NCBI GenBank assembly: GCA_963668315.1
Contig: OY764216.1
Coordinates: forward strand, 2,784,001-2,848,000
DNA length: 64,000 bases
From: Spirochaetia bacterium
GTDB taxonomy: Bacteria; Spirochaetota; Spirochaetia; DSM-2461
Direction: 5' to 3'
Positions 19,529-29,524 of the stretch are shown here, one piece after another. The notes beneath the pieces are model-generated. The model did no database searches and was not told where the DNA came from. It was given only the letters and a program-made list of their open reading frames with translations. Position 1 is the first letter of the stretch; the number at the start of each line of letters is the position of its first letter. The position numbers and the translations under genes were made by a program.

Positions 19529-20569
19529 ATGAGAATTGCCTTTTTTGACACGAAACCCTATGACGAAGACTCTTTTCGAAGGGAAAACAGGGATTTTGGA
19601 TTTGATATAACTTTTTTTAATATGAAACTGCACCGTGATACGGCTGTGCTGGCCCGGGATTACGATGTGGTATGCGTTTTCGTAAATGACAGAATTGACG
19701 AAGATGTGCTGGATCTTCTGGTACAGGGAAAAACGCGGCTCATTGCCCTGAGGTGCGCAGGATACAATAATGTGGACCTTAAGTATGCCTACGGGAAAAT
19801 CCACGTGGTTCACGTCCCCGCCTACTCGCCCTACGCTGTGGCGGAACATGCCGCGGCCCTGCTGCTGACCCTGAACAGAAAGACCCACCGGGCCCATCTG
19901 CGGACCAGGGAGATGAATTTCACCCTTAACGGACTGACGGGAATGGACCTGTACGGGAAAACCGCCGGGGTTATCGGCATGGGAAAAATCGGGGAAAGGA
20001 TGGTCTCCATTCTCTCCGGTTTCGGGATGAAGATTCTGGCCTATGACAAATTCCCCCGAAAGGAGCTCGAAGAGAAGTATCCCCTTTCCTATGCCACTCT
20101 GGAAGAGCTGTACAGAAATTCCGATGTTATTACCCTTCATTGTCCCCTGACCCCGGAGACGGTTCATCTTATCAGCTCGGAAGCCATTGAAATGATGAAG
20201 GACGGTGTGTTCCTCATTAATACAAGCCGGGGAAAACTGATTAATACAAAGGCTCTTATCGGCGGTCTGAAAAGCAGAAAAATCGGAGCCGCCGGATTGG
20301 ATGTGTACGAAGAGGAGTCGGAGTACTTTTTTGAGGACTACAGCAACCAGGTGATTTCCGACGATAATCTGGCCAGACTGCTCACCTTTCCCAACGTACT
20401 CATCACCTCCCATCAGGGGTTTCTCACCCAGGAGGCTCTGGACAGCATCGCCGGAACCACCCTGGCGAATATCCGCGACTTTACCGAGGAGAAAGATCTC
20501 CCCAATGAGATCTGCTACCAGTGCGGAAGGGAGGAGTGCCGGAAATCCAGGGAGGGCAGGTGCTTCTGA
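19529..20569 (+). CDS. ldhA: D-lactate / 2-hydroxyacid dehydrogenase
   Basis: ALRCAGYNNVDL, VPAYSPYAVAEH, GVIGMGKIG, LHCPLT, INTSRG, LDVYEEE, ITSHQGF. Start at ATG 19529 after RBS AAAGGAG; the longer ORF-track start overlaps the divergent gene. Confidence 0.9.
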   Translation: MRIAFFDTKPYDEDSFRRENRDFGFDITFFNMKLHRDTAVLARDYDVVCVFVNDRIDEDVLDLLVQGKTRLIALRCAGYNNVDLKYAYGKIHVVHVPAYSPYAVAEHAAALLLTLNRKTHRAHLRTREMNFTLNGLTGMDLYGKTAGVIGMGKIGERMVSILSGFGMKILAYDKFPRKELEEKYPLSYATLEELYRNSDVITLHCPLTPETVHLISSEAIEMMKDGVFLINTSRGKLINTKALIGGLKSRKIGAAGLDVYEEESEYFFEDYSNQVISDDNLARLLTFPNVLITSHQGFLTQEALDSIAGTTLANIRDFTEEKDLPNEICYQCGREECRKSREGRCF

Positions 20570-20670
20570 GTCAGGGGGATTTCTCCGAATAGCGGACGAA
20601 GTAAGGGAACGGCTGTTCTGTTTTTCGTCCCTTTCCGGAAATTCCGTCCTTGGCGCAGTATATTTCTTCC

Positions 20671-21729
20671 ATGAAATATACTGCCCTGCTTTTAACCCTT
20701 TCCCTAATCTGGCTGACCACCGGCTGCGGGTACCTTTTTCTCGATGACCCGCAAAGTTCCGGGACGGATCTTTCCTCCGCCGGTCCCGAAGACTCTTCCG
20801 TTCCGAACCATGTCATAGGGACGGGAACCCCGGAAAGCTGTACGGCCCGGGATTTTCTTGATGCCGTCGCGCAGGGGGGTGTCATCACCTTCAACGGGGG
20901 AACGGAACCATTTACCCTTACCCTCGATTCTCAGGCCGAAGTTCACAATGACGGTCTTCCGGATGTGGTCATAGACGGAGGGGGACTTGTCACCCTCAGC
21001 GGAGGGGATACCACGAGAATCCTCTATATGAATACCTGCGATCCCCGGCTCACATGGACCACATCCCACGGTGATAATCAGGACCACCCCAGGCTCACCG
21101 TCCAGAATCTCACCTTCGCCCATGGCAACTCCTCTGCAGACGAGGCGTACAGCGGGGGCGGGGCTATCTGGGCCCGGGGAGGACGTTTCAAGGCGGTGAA
21201 CTGTACCTTTGTCGGTAACAGGGCCGAATCGGAAGGGCCCGATACGGGGGGCGGGGCCATCAGGGTGTTCGACCAGTACGAGGATCTTCCCGTCTATATC
21301 AACGGCTGCACCTTCGGCGGGGGAGAGAACAAGGGGAACAGCGCCTCTAACGGCGGGGCCCTTTCAAGCATCGGGGTCTCCTGGACTATCATCGATTCCC
21401 TTTTCTCCTATAACCTTGCCACCGGGAGAGGCGGGAATCCCGCCGAAGAGGGCACTCCGGGCGGCGGGAGCGGCGGGGCCATATACAACGACGGCAACGA
21501 AATGACATTGACCATAAGGAATTCGATAATAGAAGAGAATAGCGTCAACGCCTACGGAAGCGCTCTGTTCTTTGTCTCCAACAACCATACGGGAAATATC
21601 GTTATTGAGTCGAGCCGTATTTCCTCCAATCACGGCGGCTCCTGGTATCCCAGGTACGAAGGGATTTCCATGCACAGCGACACCCCCCTTTCTGTGACCG
21701 ATTCGGTGATAGAGAATAACAGAAACTGA
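20671..21729 (+). CDS. Lipoprotein with GGA(I/L)/FxxN right-handed beta-helix repeats
   Basis: Signal peptide with lipobox LTTG-C; repeats GGGAIW, GGGAIR, GGALS, GGAIY paired with FVGN, FSYN and IEEN. Confidence 0.75.
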   Translation: MKYTALLLTLSLIWLTTGCGYLFLDDPQSSGTDLSSAGPEDSSVPNHVIGTGTPESCTARDFLDAVAQGGVITFNGGTEPFTLTLDSQAEVHNDGLPDVVIDGGGLVTLSGGDTTRILYMNTCDPRLTWTTSHGDNQDHPRLTVQNLTFAHGNSSADEAYSGGGAIWARGGRFKAVNCTFVGNRAESEGPDTGGGAIRVFDQYEDLPVYINGCTFGGGENKGNSASNGGALSSIGVSWTIIDSLFSYNLATGRGGNPAEEGTPGGGSGGAIYNDGNEMTLTIRNSIIEENSVNAYGSALFFVSNNHTGNIVIESSRISSNHGGSWYPRYEGISMHSDTPLSVTDSVIENNRN

Positions 21730-21800
21730 GTGTTTCCCCCTTCCCCCGGGGATTTGAAAAATACTCCTTTGCTGCTATTATTGTATGAAAAGGAGAACAT

Positions 21801-22103
21801 ATGATTTATCTGAGTGTGTCAATGATTATCAAAGAGGGAAGGATGGATGATTTTCTGGAAGTCTGCCGTGAAATCCGGCCTCTGGTCCTGGCCGAGGAGG
21901 GCTGTCTTATGTACGATCATACCCGTGATCTTGATGCGAACGGCGAAGACTACAACGAAAGGCGCATTACCCTTTATGAGAAATGGTCCGGTCAGGATGC
22001 CCTGGATGCCCACCTTAAAACCGGTCATATGGCCCGGTTCTCCGAAGCTGTGGCGGATATGAGGGAAAAGGTGACCGTTCACAGAAGTACCGAAGCCTAT
22101 TAG
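21801..22103 (+). CDS. Antibiotic biosynthesis monooxygenase (putative quinol monooxygenase) family protein
   Basis: EEGCLMY, LYEKW, ALDAHLKTGHM; RBS AAAAGGAG. Confidence 0.85.
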   Translation: MIYLSVSMIIKEGRMDDFLEVCREIRPLVLAEEGCLMYDHTRDLDANGEDYNERRITLYEKWSGQDALDAHLKTGHMARFSEAVADMREKVTVHRSTEAY

Positions 22104-22163
22104 TCACGGCGATAATCCGGCCACGCGACAGGTCATCCCCATAGAAGATCGTGATGAAATAAA

Positions 22164-22200
22164 TTGACATAATCCCTTATGTGAATAACAATTTACATAA
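22164..22200 (+). promoter_or_regulatory. MCP promoter overlapped by a 24-bp palindrome (putative operator)
   Basis: TTGACA (22164) - N17 - AACAAT; palindrome TTATGTGAAT-AACA-ATTTACATAA at 22177-22200 with one mismatch. Confidence 0.5.
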
Positions 22201-22221
22201 ATACCCCCGGGAGTTGGTGTC

Positions 22222-24327
22222 ATGATAACTAAACAGTTCGGATTAAGAATACAGATCGTTCTCGTCACATCCCTTCTGGTCGCTTTCATAGCCGGAAGCA
22301 GCGCCTATAATATTATTAAGGCTAACCAGATGAGAAAGAGCTATCAGAATGTCATGGAGGGCGTCGTCGCCAGGAAATCCAATCTGCTCGCTCTGGATGC
22401 CGAATTGAACAGAACATTGCTTCTGGAACTGGAATTCAGCAGCAATCTGGATGACCGGTTCCATGAACTGGCCATGGACTCCTATGGCGAGAGCCGCAAC
22501 ATTCTGGCCCGGCTGGAAGAAATGGAGCGGAATTCTACCGGCTCCGGAGACCTGGAAAGGGTGAAATCCCTCGAGAATTACCTCTCCCGGATGGGTGAGC
22601 TTGTCGTTTCCATACGTGACAGAACCGTGACAAAGGGACTGACCCAGGATGTGGGATTGAGAGGGGCCTTCCGTGACGCCGCCCATGATCTGGAGGCCGT
22701 CATTGAGGAGCATAGCGATGATGCCATGATGGTGGCCTATCTTATGCTCAGGAGACATGAGAAGGACTATCTCCTCCGGCTCGATAAGAAGTATGTCGCA
22801 AAGAATCATGATGCGGTGCTTGAGCTTGATCGCCTGATAGAGAGCAGGTACGGTTCGTCAGGAATCAGCCTCTCCCTCCGGAATATCCTGGAACAGTACC
22901 AGACGGATTTCGGAAAACTGATTCAGATTAATGACGAGCTGATGGAGCTGAATGATCAGAGGGATACTCTTCTTGTCGATATAGAAAGGGAGATAGACTC
23001 CTTTCTGGAAGATGTGGAGAATCAGCAGAATCTCGAATTCAGTTTTATCCTGGAAAATATATCCCGGACCCGGCTCCTCACCCTCCTCGTTTCGGGACTG
23101 GCTGTGCTGGCGGCCCTTTTCATGACTCTGGCTCTGGTCCTGCGCATCAGCAGGCCTATGACGCTGGCCCTTGAGAGTGCCGACTGCCTGGCGCGGGGGG
23201 ATTTGACCCATGAAGGGAGCTACAGGCGAAACGATGAGATGGGGGATATCATCGGAGCTATCAACTCCGCCTCCCAGGCCCTTGCCGTCCTCATGAGGGA
23301 ATCGGTTTCCGTTGTCCGGGAAGGCAGGAAAACCAGCGAGTATCTGGCTTCGGGCAGCGAAGAGACCCAGACGGCCATTGTGGAAATTCAGGCCAATCTC
23401 TCTTCCCTGAAGGACATGGGGGTGACCCTTTCCGAGATAAGCGGTAAGACCCTGGGGGCCACGGAGAAAATCAACGGCGGCGTCAATCAGCTTGATGCCA
23501 TGATCGACAGCCTCAGTTCCGGGATCGGGGACACGACATCCGCCATTGAGCAGATGATCGCCAATATCAGAAATGTCAGCGATATCTCAGGTAAGAAGGA
23601 GTCAACCATCACGGAACTGCTGGAAACTGCCCGGGCAAGCGGGGAGGATATCAGAAGAACGGGGGTTCTGACGGAGGAAATATCCGGCCTCGCCCAGGAG
23701 ATAAGCAAAATAATCGGTGTCATCAACGGAATTGCCGCACGGACAAATCTTCTGGCCATGAACGCGGCAATCGAAGCGGCCCATGCCGGCAATGCCGGGC
23801 GGGGATTCGCCGTTGTGGCCGATGAAATCCGCAAACTGGCTGAATCGTCGGGAACAAATGCGTCTCAGATCGGCCAGATGCTGGGGAATATCACAGACCG
23901 GATCGGCCTGGTCGCCCGCTCCTCCCAAAGCAGTACGGCCGGTTTCGACCGCATTGTGGACGCCATTCAGAGTTTTACCTACTCCTTTTCAGAGATAGTC
24001 GGCTCCATGGATGAAATGGCGGCCGGTTCGACCCATGTCCTTGAAGCATCACAGCATATGAAGGATGAGCTCGAAGCGGTTTCAGGCATGGCCGGCGAAA
24101 TCTCCGGGGAGACCGGAGCCATACATACCGAATCGGAAAATATGAACGGGCAGATACTCAGTCTGGCCCGGGGAATTGAAGAGATATCCCTGGCTCTCAC
24201 AGATATAATGAACAGCTCCCGTACCGTGGCCGACTCCGCCAGGGACAGCAGGGAGCAGATGGAAAAGCTTCATGGAAAGATTCTCCACTTCAGGATCGAT
24301 GAAGAGTCTTCCCGGGACGACCTTTAA
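22222..24327 (+). CDS. Methyl-accepting chemotaxis protein
   Basis: Two TM segments flank a helical sensor ([13 protein letters not shown]); HAMP (RNDEMGDI); signalling hairpin [38 protein letters not shown]. Confidence 0.93.
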   Translation: MITKQFGLRIQIVLVTSLLVAFIAGSSAYNIIKANQMRKSYQNVMEGVVARKSNLLALDAELNRTLLLELEFSSNLDDRFHELAMDSYGESRNILARLEEMERNSTGSGDLERVKSLENYLSRMGELVVSIRDRTVTKGLTQDVGLRGAFRDAAHDLEAVIEEHSDDAMMVAYLMLRRHEKDYLLRLDKKYVAKNHDAVLELDRLIESRYGSSGISLSLRNILEQYQTDFGKLIQINDELMELNDQRDTLLVDIEREIDSFLEDVENQQNLEFSFILENISRTRLLTLLVSGLAVLAALFMTLALVLRISRPMTLALESADCLARGDLTHEGSYRRNDEMGDIIGAINSASQALAVLMRESVSVVREGRKTSEYLASGSEETQTAIVEIQANLSSLKDMGVTLSEISGKTLGATEKINGGVNQLDAMIDSLSSGIGDTTSAIEQMIANIRNVSDISGKKESTITELLETARASGEDIRRTGVLTEEISGLAQEISKIIGVINGIAARTNLLAMNAAIEAAHAGNAGRGFAVVADEIRKLAESSGTNASQIGQMLGNITDRIGLVARSSQSSTAGFDRIVDAIQSFTYSFSEIVGSMDEMAAGSTHVLEASQHMKDELEAVSGMAGEISGETGAIHTESENMNGQILSLARGIEEISLALTDIMNSSRTVADSARDSREQMEKLHGKILHFRIDEESSRDDL

Positions 24328-24440
24328 GAGCCGGGAGCAACTTACGCGTTCTTGATATCCTCAAAGCCTCCCGGTTTTTCTTTTTCCCCTGGCAGATGTG
24401 ACATTCTGTGCATTATTTTGATAAGTGGGGTATAAAAAAT

Positions 24441-24469
24441 TTGCAATTACTCTTCCCGTAAACAATACT
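24441..24469 (+). promoter_or_regulatory. Putative sigma70 promoter of the stressosome operon
   Basis: TTGCAA-N17-AATACT about 100 nt upstream of the rsbR start. Confidence 0.4.
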
Positions 24470-24567
24470 TTAATAGGGATATCTTTGTTCGCAAATGATA
24501 TCTTTCCGTGATTGAAAACTTATCATTCCGGCAGATGGCGGAAAAAGTCATTTAGGAGTTGAGTTGT

Positions 24568-25368
24568 ATGGAAAAAAGAGGACATGCCGATTTAGGCGAT
24601 GAACAGTCGTCGATAGTCTTGAATCAGATTCCCACGCCGGTAATGGCCGTGGACAGGGATATGAATATCATTTTTCTGAATAATTCCGGATGCCGGTTCC
24701 TGGGGAAAAAATGGGAAGAGGTAAGGGGCTGCAAATGCTACGATATCGCCCGTACTGAACACTGCAATACGAAGAACTGCCGGATGACTCAGGTCATGGA
24801 GGGAGGGGAGTCGCTTACCGTGAGGAACTCCCTCAGCATAAACGGCCAGATGGTCCCCGTGGAATATACCACCGATGCCCTGAAGGATGAGGAGGGGCAT
24901 ATCATCGGCGGACTTGAATACATAATCGATATCACGGAGAAAGTCCGGCAGGAGAAAAAACTGAAGGAGCAGAGCCGTACGATTCTGGAGATATCCACAC
25001 CCGTCATCAAACTATGGGAAAAAATCCTTATTCTGCCCATCGTAGGGGTGGTCGACTCTTTCCGGGCCCAGCAGATGATGGATTCCATGCTCACCAAGCT
25101 CAAGGATACCGGTTCCAAAATAATCATACTTGATATTCAGGGCGTGGCTGCCGTAGACACAGCTGTCGCGAATCATCTGATAAAAATCGCCAAGGCGACC
25201 CGCCTGATGGGCTGCCGTTGCATCATCTCGGGAATATCCCCTTCCGTCGCTCAGACCCTGGTGCAGCTGGGAATAGATATGGGTTCCATAATAACCAATT
25301 CCGACCTGCAGGAAGCCCTTGCCGATGCTTTCCAGATGCTCCATTACCGTGTGAGTAAGAGTGAATAA
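24568..25368 (+). CDS. rsbR: Stressosome RsbR-like protein (PAS + STAS)
   Basis: N-terminal PAS/PAC; STAS ISTPVIKLW..ILILPIVGVVDSFRA, ILDIQGV..VDTAVANHL, LMGCRCIISGISPSVAQTLVQLGID. RBS AGGAG 9 nt before ATG 24568. Confidence 0.88.
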   Translation: MEKRGHADLGDEQSSIVLNQIPTPVMAVDRDMNIIFLNNSGCRFLGKKWEEVRGCKCYDIARTEHCNTKNCRMTQVMEGGESLTVRNSLSINGQMVPVEYTTDALKDEEGHIIGGLEYIIDITEKVRQEKKLKEQSRTILEISTPVIKLWEKILILPIVGVVDSFRAQQMMDSMLTKLKDTGSKIIILDIQGVAAVDTAVANHLIKIAKATRLMGCRCIISGISPSVAQTLVQLGIDMGSIITNSDLQEALADAFQMLHYRVSKSE

Positions 25369-25775
25369 TGGCTTCGTCCCTTTCCTCCGGTCCCCATGAT
25401 GATTACTCATCCTGCGGTATCTATGAGATGGACGGCTGCATGATCGTCCCTGTCCCGGGATTTATTCACCGCTCCCTTGTCGATGAGCTTAAAGCGCGGG
25501 TTCTGTCAGGTATAGATAAACAGCCGGTAAGGGGCATTATCATGGATATGTCTGCGGTCCCGGTGCTGGAGGGGCTTCTCTTCTCTCTTTTTTATGAGAT
25601 GGTGAAAATGATAGAGCTCATGGGTGTCAGAACGGTCTTTGTGGGATTTCAGCCCGGAGTGGCAGTGACCCTTGTTGATCTGGATGTGGATATCCACGAT
25701 ATAGTTACCGCCTTCGATCTTAAAGACGGAATGTCCCTGCTGGATGACCTGTCAGCGGAGATCTTTCATGAATGA
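25368..25775 (+). CDS. rsbS: Stressosome RsbS-like single STAS protein
   Basis: GIIMDMSAV, MIELMGVRTVFVGFQPGVAVTLVDL, TAFDLKDG; located between rsbR and rsbT; TAATG overlap with rsbR. Confidence 0.8.
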   Translation: MASSLSSGPHDDYSSCGIYEMDGCMIVPVPGFIHRSLVDELKARVLSGIDKQPVRGIIMDMSAVPVLEGLLFSLFYEMVKMIELMGVRTVFVGFQPGVAVTLVDLDVDIHDIVTAFDLKDGMSLLDDLSAEIFHE

Positions 25776-26184
25776 TCGGGAGCCCCGGGAACAATCCGTC
25801 GCCATAGACTGGCCCGGAGACAATGCCCATGCGGTCGTGGTGGCCAGAAAGGTTGCCGGAGACCTGGGGTTTCAGGCCGTTCCGGTAACCCTGATCGCTA
25901 CGGCCGTATCGGAGCTGACGACAAACATCATAAAATATGCCGGTAGGGGCATCATACACCTCCGTCCTATCCGCGAAAACGGAAGGACGGGAATTGAAAT
26001 CTCCGCAGAAGATTCCGGGCCGGGCATACCCGATCCTGAAAGTGCCATGAGGGAACAGTTTTCCACCGGGGGCAGTCTGGGACTGGGAATCCCGGCGGTG
26101 AAGAGAATCATGGACTCCTTTGAACTGACTACGATTGTCGGCAAGGGGACCTGCGTCACCGTTCGAAAGTGGAGAGAGGACTGA
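25768..26184 (+). CDS. rsbT: RsbT Ser/Thr kinase (anti-sigma-like GHKL)
   Basis: LGF...TLIATAVSELTTNIIKYAG, EDSGPGI, STGGSLGLGIPAVKRIMDSF, GKGT.V.VRKW. Confidence 0.92.
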   Translation: MNDREPREQSVAIDWPGDNAHAVVVARKVAGDLGFQAVPVTLIATAVSELTTNIIKYAGRGIIHLRPIRENGRTGIEISAEDSGPGIPDPESAMREQFSTGGSLGLGIPAVKRIMDSFELTTIVGKGTCVTVRKWRED

Positions 26185-26771
26185 TGGACGCCGTTGATTA
26201 CGCCCTGAGAAAGGAGGCTTTCATCGGCGGCGACGATGAATGCGGCGATACGGGGGTTATCCGGGAATATGAGGATAAGCTGCTTCTTGCTCTGGTTGAC
26301 GGTCTCGGCCATGGAGCAAAAGCCCACAGGGCGGCGGTCCTGGTGGAAGAGTACCTGGAAGAGCATTACCGTGAATCCCTGGAGAGCCTGCTCCTGGGCC
26401 TTCATGATAACCTGAAGGGATCGGTGGGTGCCGTCGCGGGTATCGGTCGCTTCCATCGTGATACGGGGGAGTTCAGCTACTGCGGCATAGGAAATATCCT
26501 GGTACGTCTCTATGGCAGTTTCGGCCGAACCTTTGTCTCCCGGGATGGTGTCCTGGGATTTAATATGCCCTCTCCCCGTACGGAGACCGTCCTCCTGGAA
26601 AGGGGGGATATCCTGGTCTTCACATCCGACGGCCTGTCCAGTCATATCAGCCGGGACGGGTATCAGAATCTTCTGAGGGGAACGGCGGGAGAGATTGCCG
26701 ATCGTTTTATGGAAAAATTCAGAAGGGAAGATGATGCCTCCTGCCTGGTTCTGAGGTATATGCCATGGTAA
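26184..26771 (+). CDS. rsbX: RsbX-type PP2C/SpoIIE phosphatase
   Basis: [40 protein letters not shown] overlap with rsbT. Confidence 0.88.
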   Translation: MDAVDYALRKEAFIGGDDECGDTGVIREYEDKLLLALVDGLGHGAKAHRAAVLVEEYLEEHYRESLESLLLGLHDNLKGSVGAVAGIGRFHRDTGEFSYCGIGNILVRLYGSFGRTFVSRDGVLGFNMPSPRTETVLLERGDILVFTSDGLSSHISRDGYQNLLRGTAGEIADRFMEKFRREDDASCLVLRYMPW

Positions 26772-29470
26772 ACCTGGGCCAGATCCTTCCCGAGTCTTGC
26801 AGAAAGAAGTATAAATTCGGTCATTTCATTATCAATCTGGCCATGGATTACGGTTTTTCCGATATTCAGGCAACCCAGTGGGCGGCTTACTCTTCGGAAC
26901 TGGTAAAAACGGGAAGGGATGAATATTTGGTGACACCCGTTACCATCTTCCTTGAGGACAGACATGGACAGGCCCATCTGGGAATAACGTTGAGAGAGCT
27001 GGATCTGGTTGATAGGCATCATCCCTATCTCGCCTTTTTTGACGAGTCTTTTGCCCGGGAGGAGGGGGGAACTCTCTCTCTGACCCTTTTGAAGAAGCTG
27101 CCCGATCCCACTGTGATGGGGGATTCGGACCTGATAGGAAAATGGCAGGGACGTTTTTCCGAGCCGACAAAGGATTCCCTTTTCAGAATACTGCAGAAAC
27201 AGAATCTTGAACTGGAAAAAGCGAAGGAAGAGGCCGAGGCCGCCACTAAGGCCAAGGGGGACTTTCTGGCTAACATGAGCCATGAAATAAGAACCCCCAT
27301 GAATGCCATAATCGGCCTGAATTCCCTTTTGGCCAAAACGGATTTGAATAAAAAGCAGCTGGACTATGTTAACAAGATCAGCCATTCGGCCCTGAGCCTT
27401 CTGGGAATTATCAATGATATCCTTGATTTTTCCAAGATTGAAGCGGGGAAAATGGCCATAGAGAAGACGCCCTTTCAGCTTAATGAAGTTCTCGATAACC
27501 TCTCCAGTCTGGTGGGAGAGAAAGTATGCGGGAAGGACCTGGAGCTGGTTTTCAACTATGATATGGAAATTCCCCATACGCTGATAGGCGATCCCCTTCG
27601 TCTGGGGCAGATCCTTCTGAATCTTACCAATAACGCGGTGAAATTTACCGAAAAGGGTGAGATCGTTGTTTCCGCCGCCCTGGTGGAGAAGAGTGAAAGG
27701 GACGTAACGATTCTTTTTAAAGTCACCGATACGGGAATCGGCCTGACCCGGGAGCAGAGTGATAGGCTTTTCCAGTCCTTTTCACAGGCGGATACGTCCA
27801 CGACAAGAAAATACGGGGGAACTGGTCTGGGACTGGCGATCAGCAAGAATTTGTCCGAACTGATGGGCGGTTCCATCGGCGTGGAGAGCGAATACGGAAA
27901 GGGGAGCACGTTCTATTTCACCACAATTATGGGGATAGGAAGGGAAAAGGTCTGCCGTATTCCTCCCCGGGAGCTGAAGGGGCTTAATGTTCTCGTCGTG
28001 GATGATAACGAGACAGCCCGTGATGTGCTCTGCGCCTATCTGGAGGATTTTTCCTTCCATGTGAATGCCGTCAGGAACGGAGAACAGGCATGCCGTGAGA
28101 TTATTACGGCGAAAGCGGCTGAAGGGAAGGAGTACGACCTGGTGCTGATGGACTATAAAATGCCCGGAATAAACGGTATCGAAACGGCCCTGAAAATCCG
28201 TACGGAACTGGAGAATATCAGAGACCCGAAGATTATCATGGTTACCGGCATGGGCAGGGAAGAGATTATTTGGAAGGCCGATGAAATCTCCCTGGACGGC
28301 TTTCTCATCAAACCCGTCAGTCCGTCCATGCTGTTTGATACCATCATGGATGTTTTCGGCAGAAAAATTCAGGTCTTCTCTAACCTCCGTGAGGAGAGAG
28401 AGGCTAAACCTGAGGGTTTTGAGGGAATACGGGGCGCCCGCATACTGCTGACAGAGGATAACGATATCAATCAGCAGGTGGCAGGAGAGACCCTGGAGCA
28501 GGAGGGCTTCATTGTCGATTTTGCCGATAACGGGCAGGAAGCGGTGGATAAAGCGTCTCTGACCCCATATGACTGCATTCTCATGGATCTCCAGATGCCC
28601 GTTCTTGACGGATACCAGGCAACGGCGAAAATACGGGAGAAAGCATCCTTTGGGGATCTTCCGATTATCGCGATGACTGCCGATGCCATGGTGGGGGTGA
28701 AGGAGCGGACACTGAAAGCGGGAATGAATGACTATGTCACCAAGCCCTTTAATCCCTCGGAGCTCTGGAGGGCCCTCGTGAGGTGGATTCCCCAGGGAGA
28801 CCGGACGGTGCCAGTAAGGAAAAACAGGGAAGGAGCAGGCTCCGCCGATGGGGGGGGAAGTCTTCTCTCCACCCTGGCCGTCGAGGGACTGAACAGCGAG
28901 GCTGGTCTGAGGCGGCTGAACGGAAACGGGACGCTATATCTCAGTCTTCTTCGTAAATTCATCAGGGATTTCTTATCTTCCCCCGCTGACATAAGGGAGC
29001 GGCTCTCCCGGGGAGACGGTAAGGGCGCCGAGAGAATAGCCCATACGGTCAAAGGCGCGGCGGGGAACATCGGTGCCGAGGATGTGCAGAATCGGGCGGC
29101 AGAACTGGATCGGGTTTTGAAGAAGGAGGGGGCGGTTCCCGAGGCTTTACTCCTTGACAATCTTGAAAAAGCCCTGGAGCTTCTGGGCGAGTCACTGGAA
29201 AAAAGCGGCCTGGTCGGGGAAGAGGAAATCCCCGCTGAGACGTCGGGCAGGACGATCTCCCGGGATGAGGCCCGTACACTTCTTGAGGAGCTTCGGGAGA
29301 TCATCAAGACAAGGCAGCCGAAGCGGTGTGCGGCGTTTCTGGACAAATGGGACAGCCGGCATTTCCCGGAGGACTGCCGAGAGGATATGCAGGAACTATA
29401 TGCCATTATCAGCGGGTATCGGTTCCGGGACGCCGGCCGGCTTGTGTCGGAGATCCTGGAGCGGTTTTAA
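26765..29470 (+). CDS. Soluble hybrid histidine kinase (RsbT-like N-terminus, HisKA, HATPase, two REC, Hpt)
   Basis: [52 protein letters not shown], two receivers (LMDYKMP, LMDLQMP), Hpt [12 protein letters not shown]; no TM segment. Confidence 0.92.
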   Translation: MVNLGQILPESCRKKYKFGHFIINLAMDYGFSDIQATQWAAYSSELVKTGRDEYLVTPVTIFLEDRHGQAHLGITLRELDLVDRHHPYLAFFDESFAREEGGTLSLTLLKKLPDPTVMGDSDLIGKWQGRFSEPTKDSLFRILQKQNLELEKAKEEAEAATKAKGDFLANMSHEIRTPMNAIIGLNSLLAKTDLNKKQLDYVNKISHSALSLLGIINDILDFSKIEAGKMAIEKTPFQLNEVLDNLSSLVGEKVCGKDLELVFNYDMEIPHTLIGDPLRLGQILLNLTNNAVKFTEKGEIVVSAALVEKSERDVTILFKVTDTGIGLTREQSDRLFQSFSQADTSTTRKYGGTGLGLAISKNLSELMGGSIGVESEYGKGSTFYFTTIMGIGREKVCRIPPRELKGLNVLVVDDNETARDVLCAYLEDFSFHVNAVRNGEQACREIITAKAAEGKEYDLVLMDYKMPGINGIETALKIRTELENIRDPKIIMVTGMGREEIIWKADEISLDGFLIKPVSPSMLFDTIMDVFGRKIQVFSNLREEREAKPEGFEGIRGARILLTEDNDINQQVAGETLEQEGFIVDFADNGQEAVDKASLTPYDCILMDLQMPVLDGYQATAKIREKASFGDLPIIAMTADAMVGVKERTLKAGMNDYVTKPFNPSELWRALVRWIPQGDRTVPVRKNREGAGSADGGGSLLSTLAVEGLNSEAGLRRLNGNGTLYLSLLRKFIRDFLSSPADIRERLSRGDGKGAERIAHTVKGAAGNIGAEDVQNRAAELDRVLKKEGAVPEALLLDNLEKALELLGESLEKSGLVGEEEIPAETSGRTISRDEARTLLEELREIIKTRQPKRCAAFLDKWDSRHFPEDCREDMQELYAIISGYRFRDAGRLVSEILERF

Positions 29471-29524
29471 TTCTGTCCGTTCAGGAGGATCCATTCAGAT
29501 CCTCAGGCAAGCAGGAAGGGTTTT

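Noticed and set aside
24330..24387. CAAAGCCTCCCGG resembling part of a c-di-GMP-I riboswitch upstream of the stressosome operon
   Set aside because: The GCAAAC...GAAA...GACGC P2 stem is absent. CCGGGAG...CTCCCGG plus a T tract fits a terminator-like hairpin after the MCP gene better.
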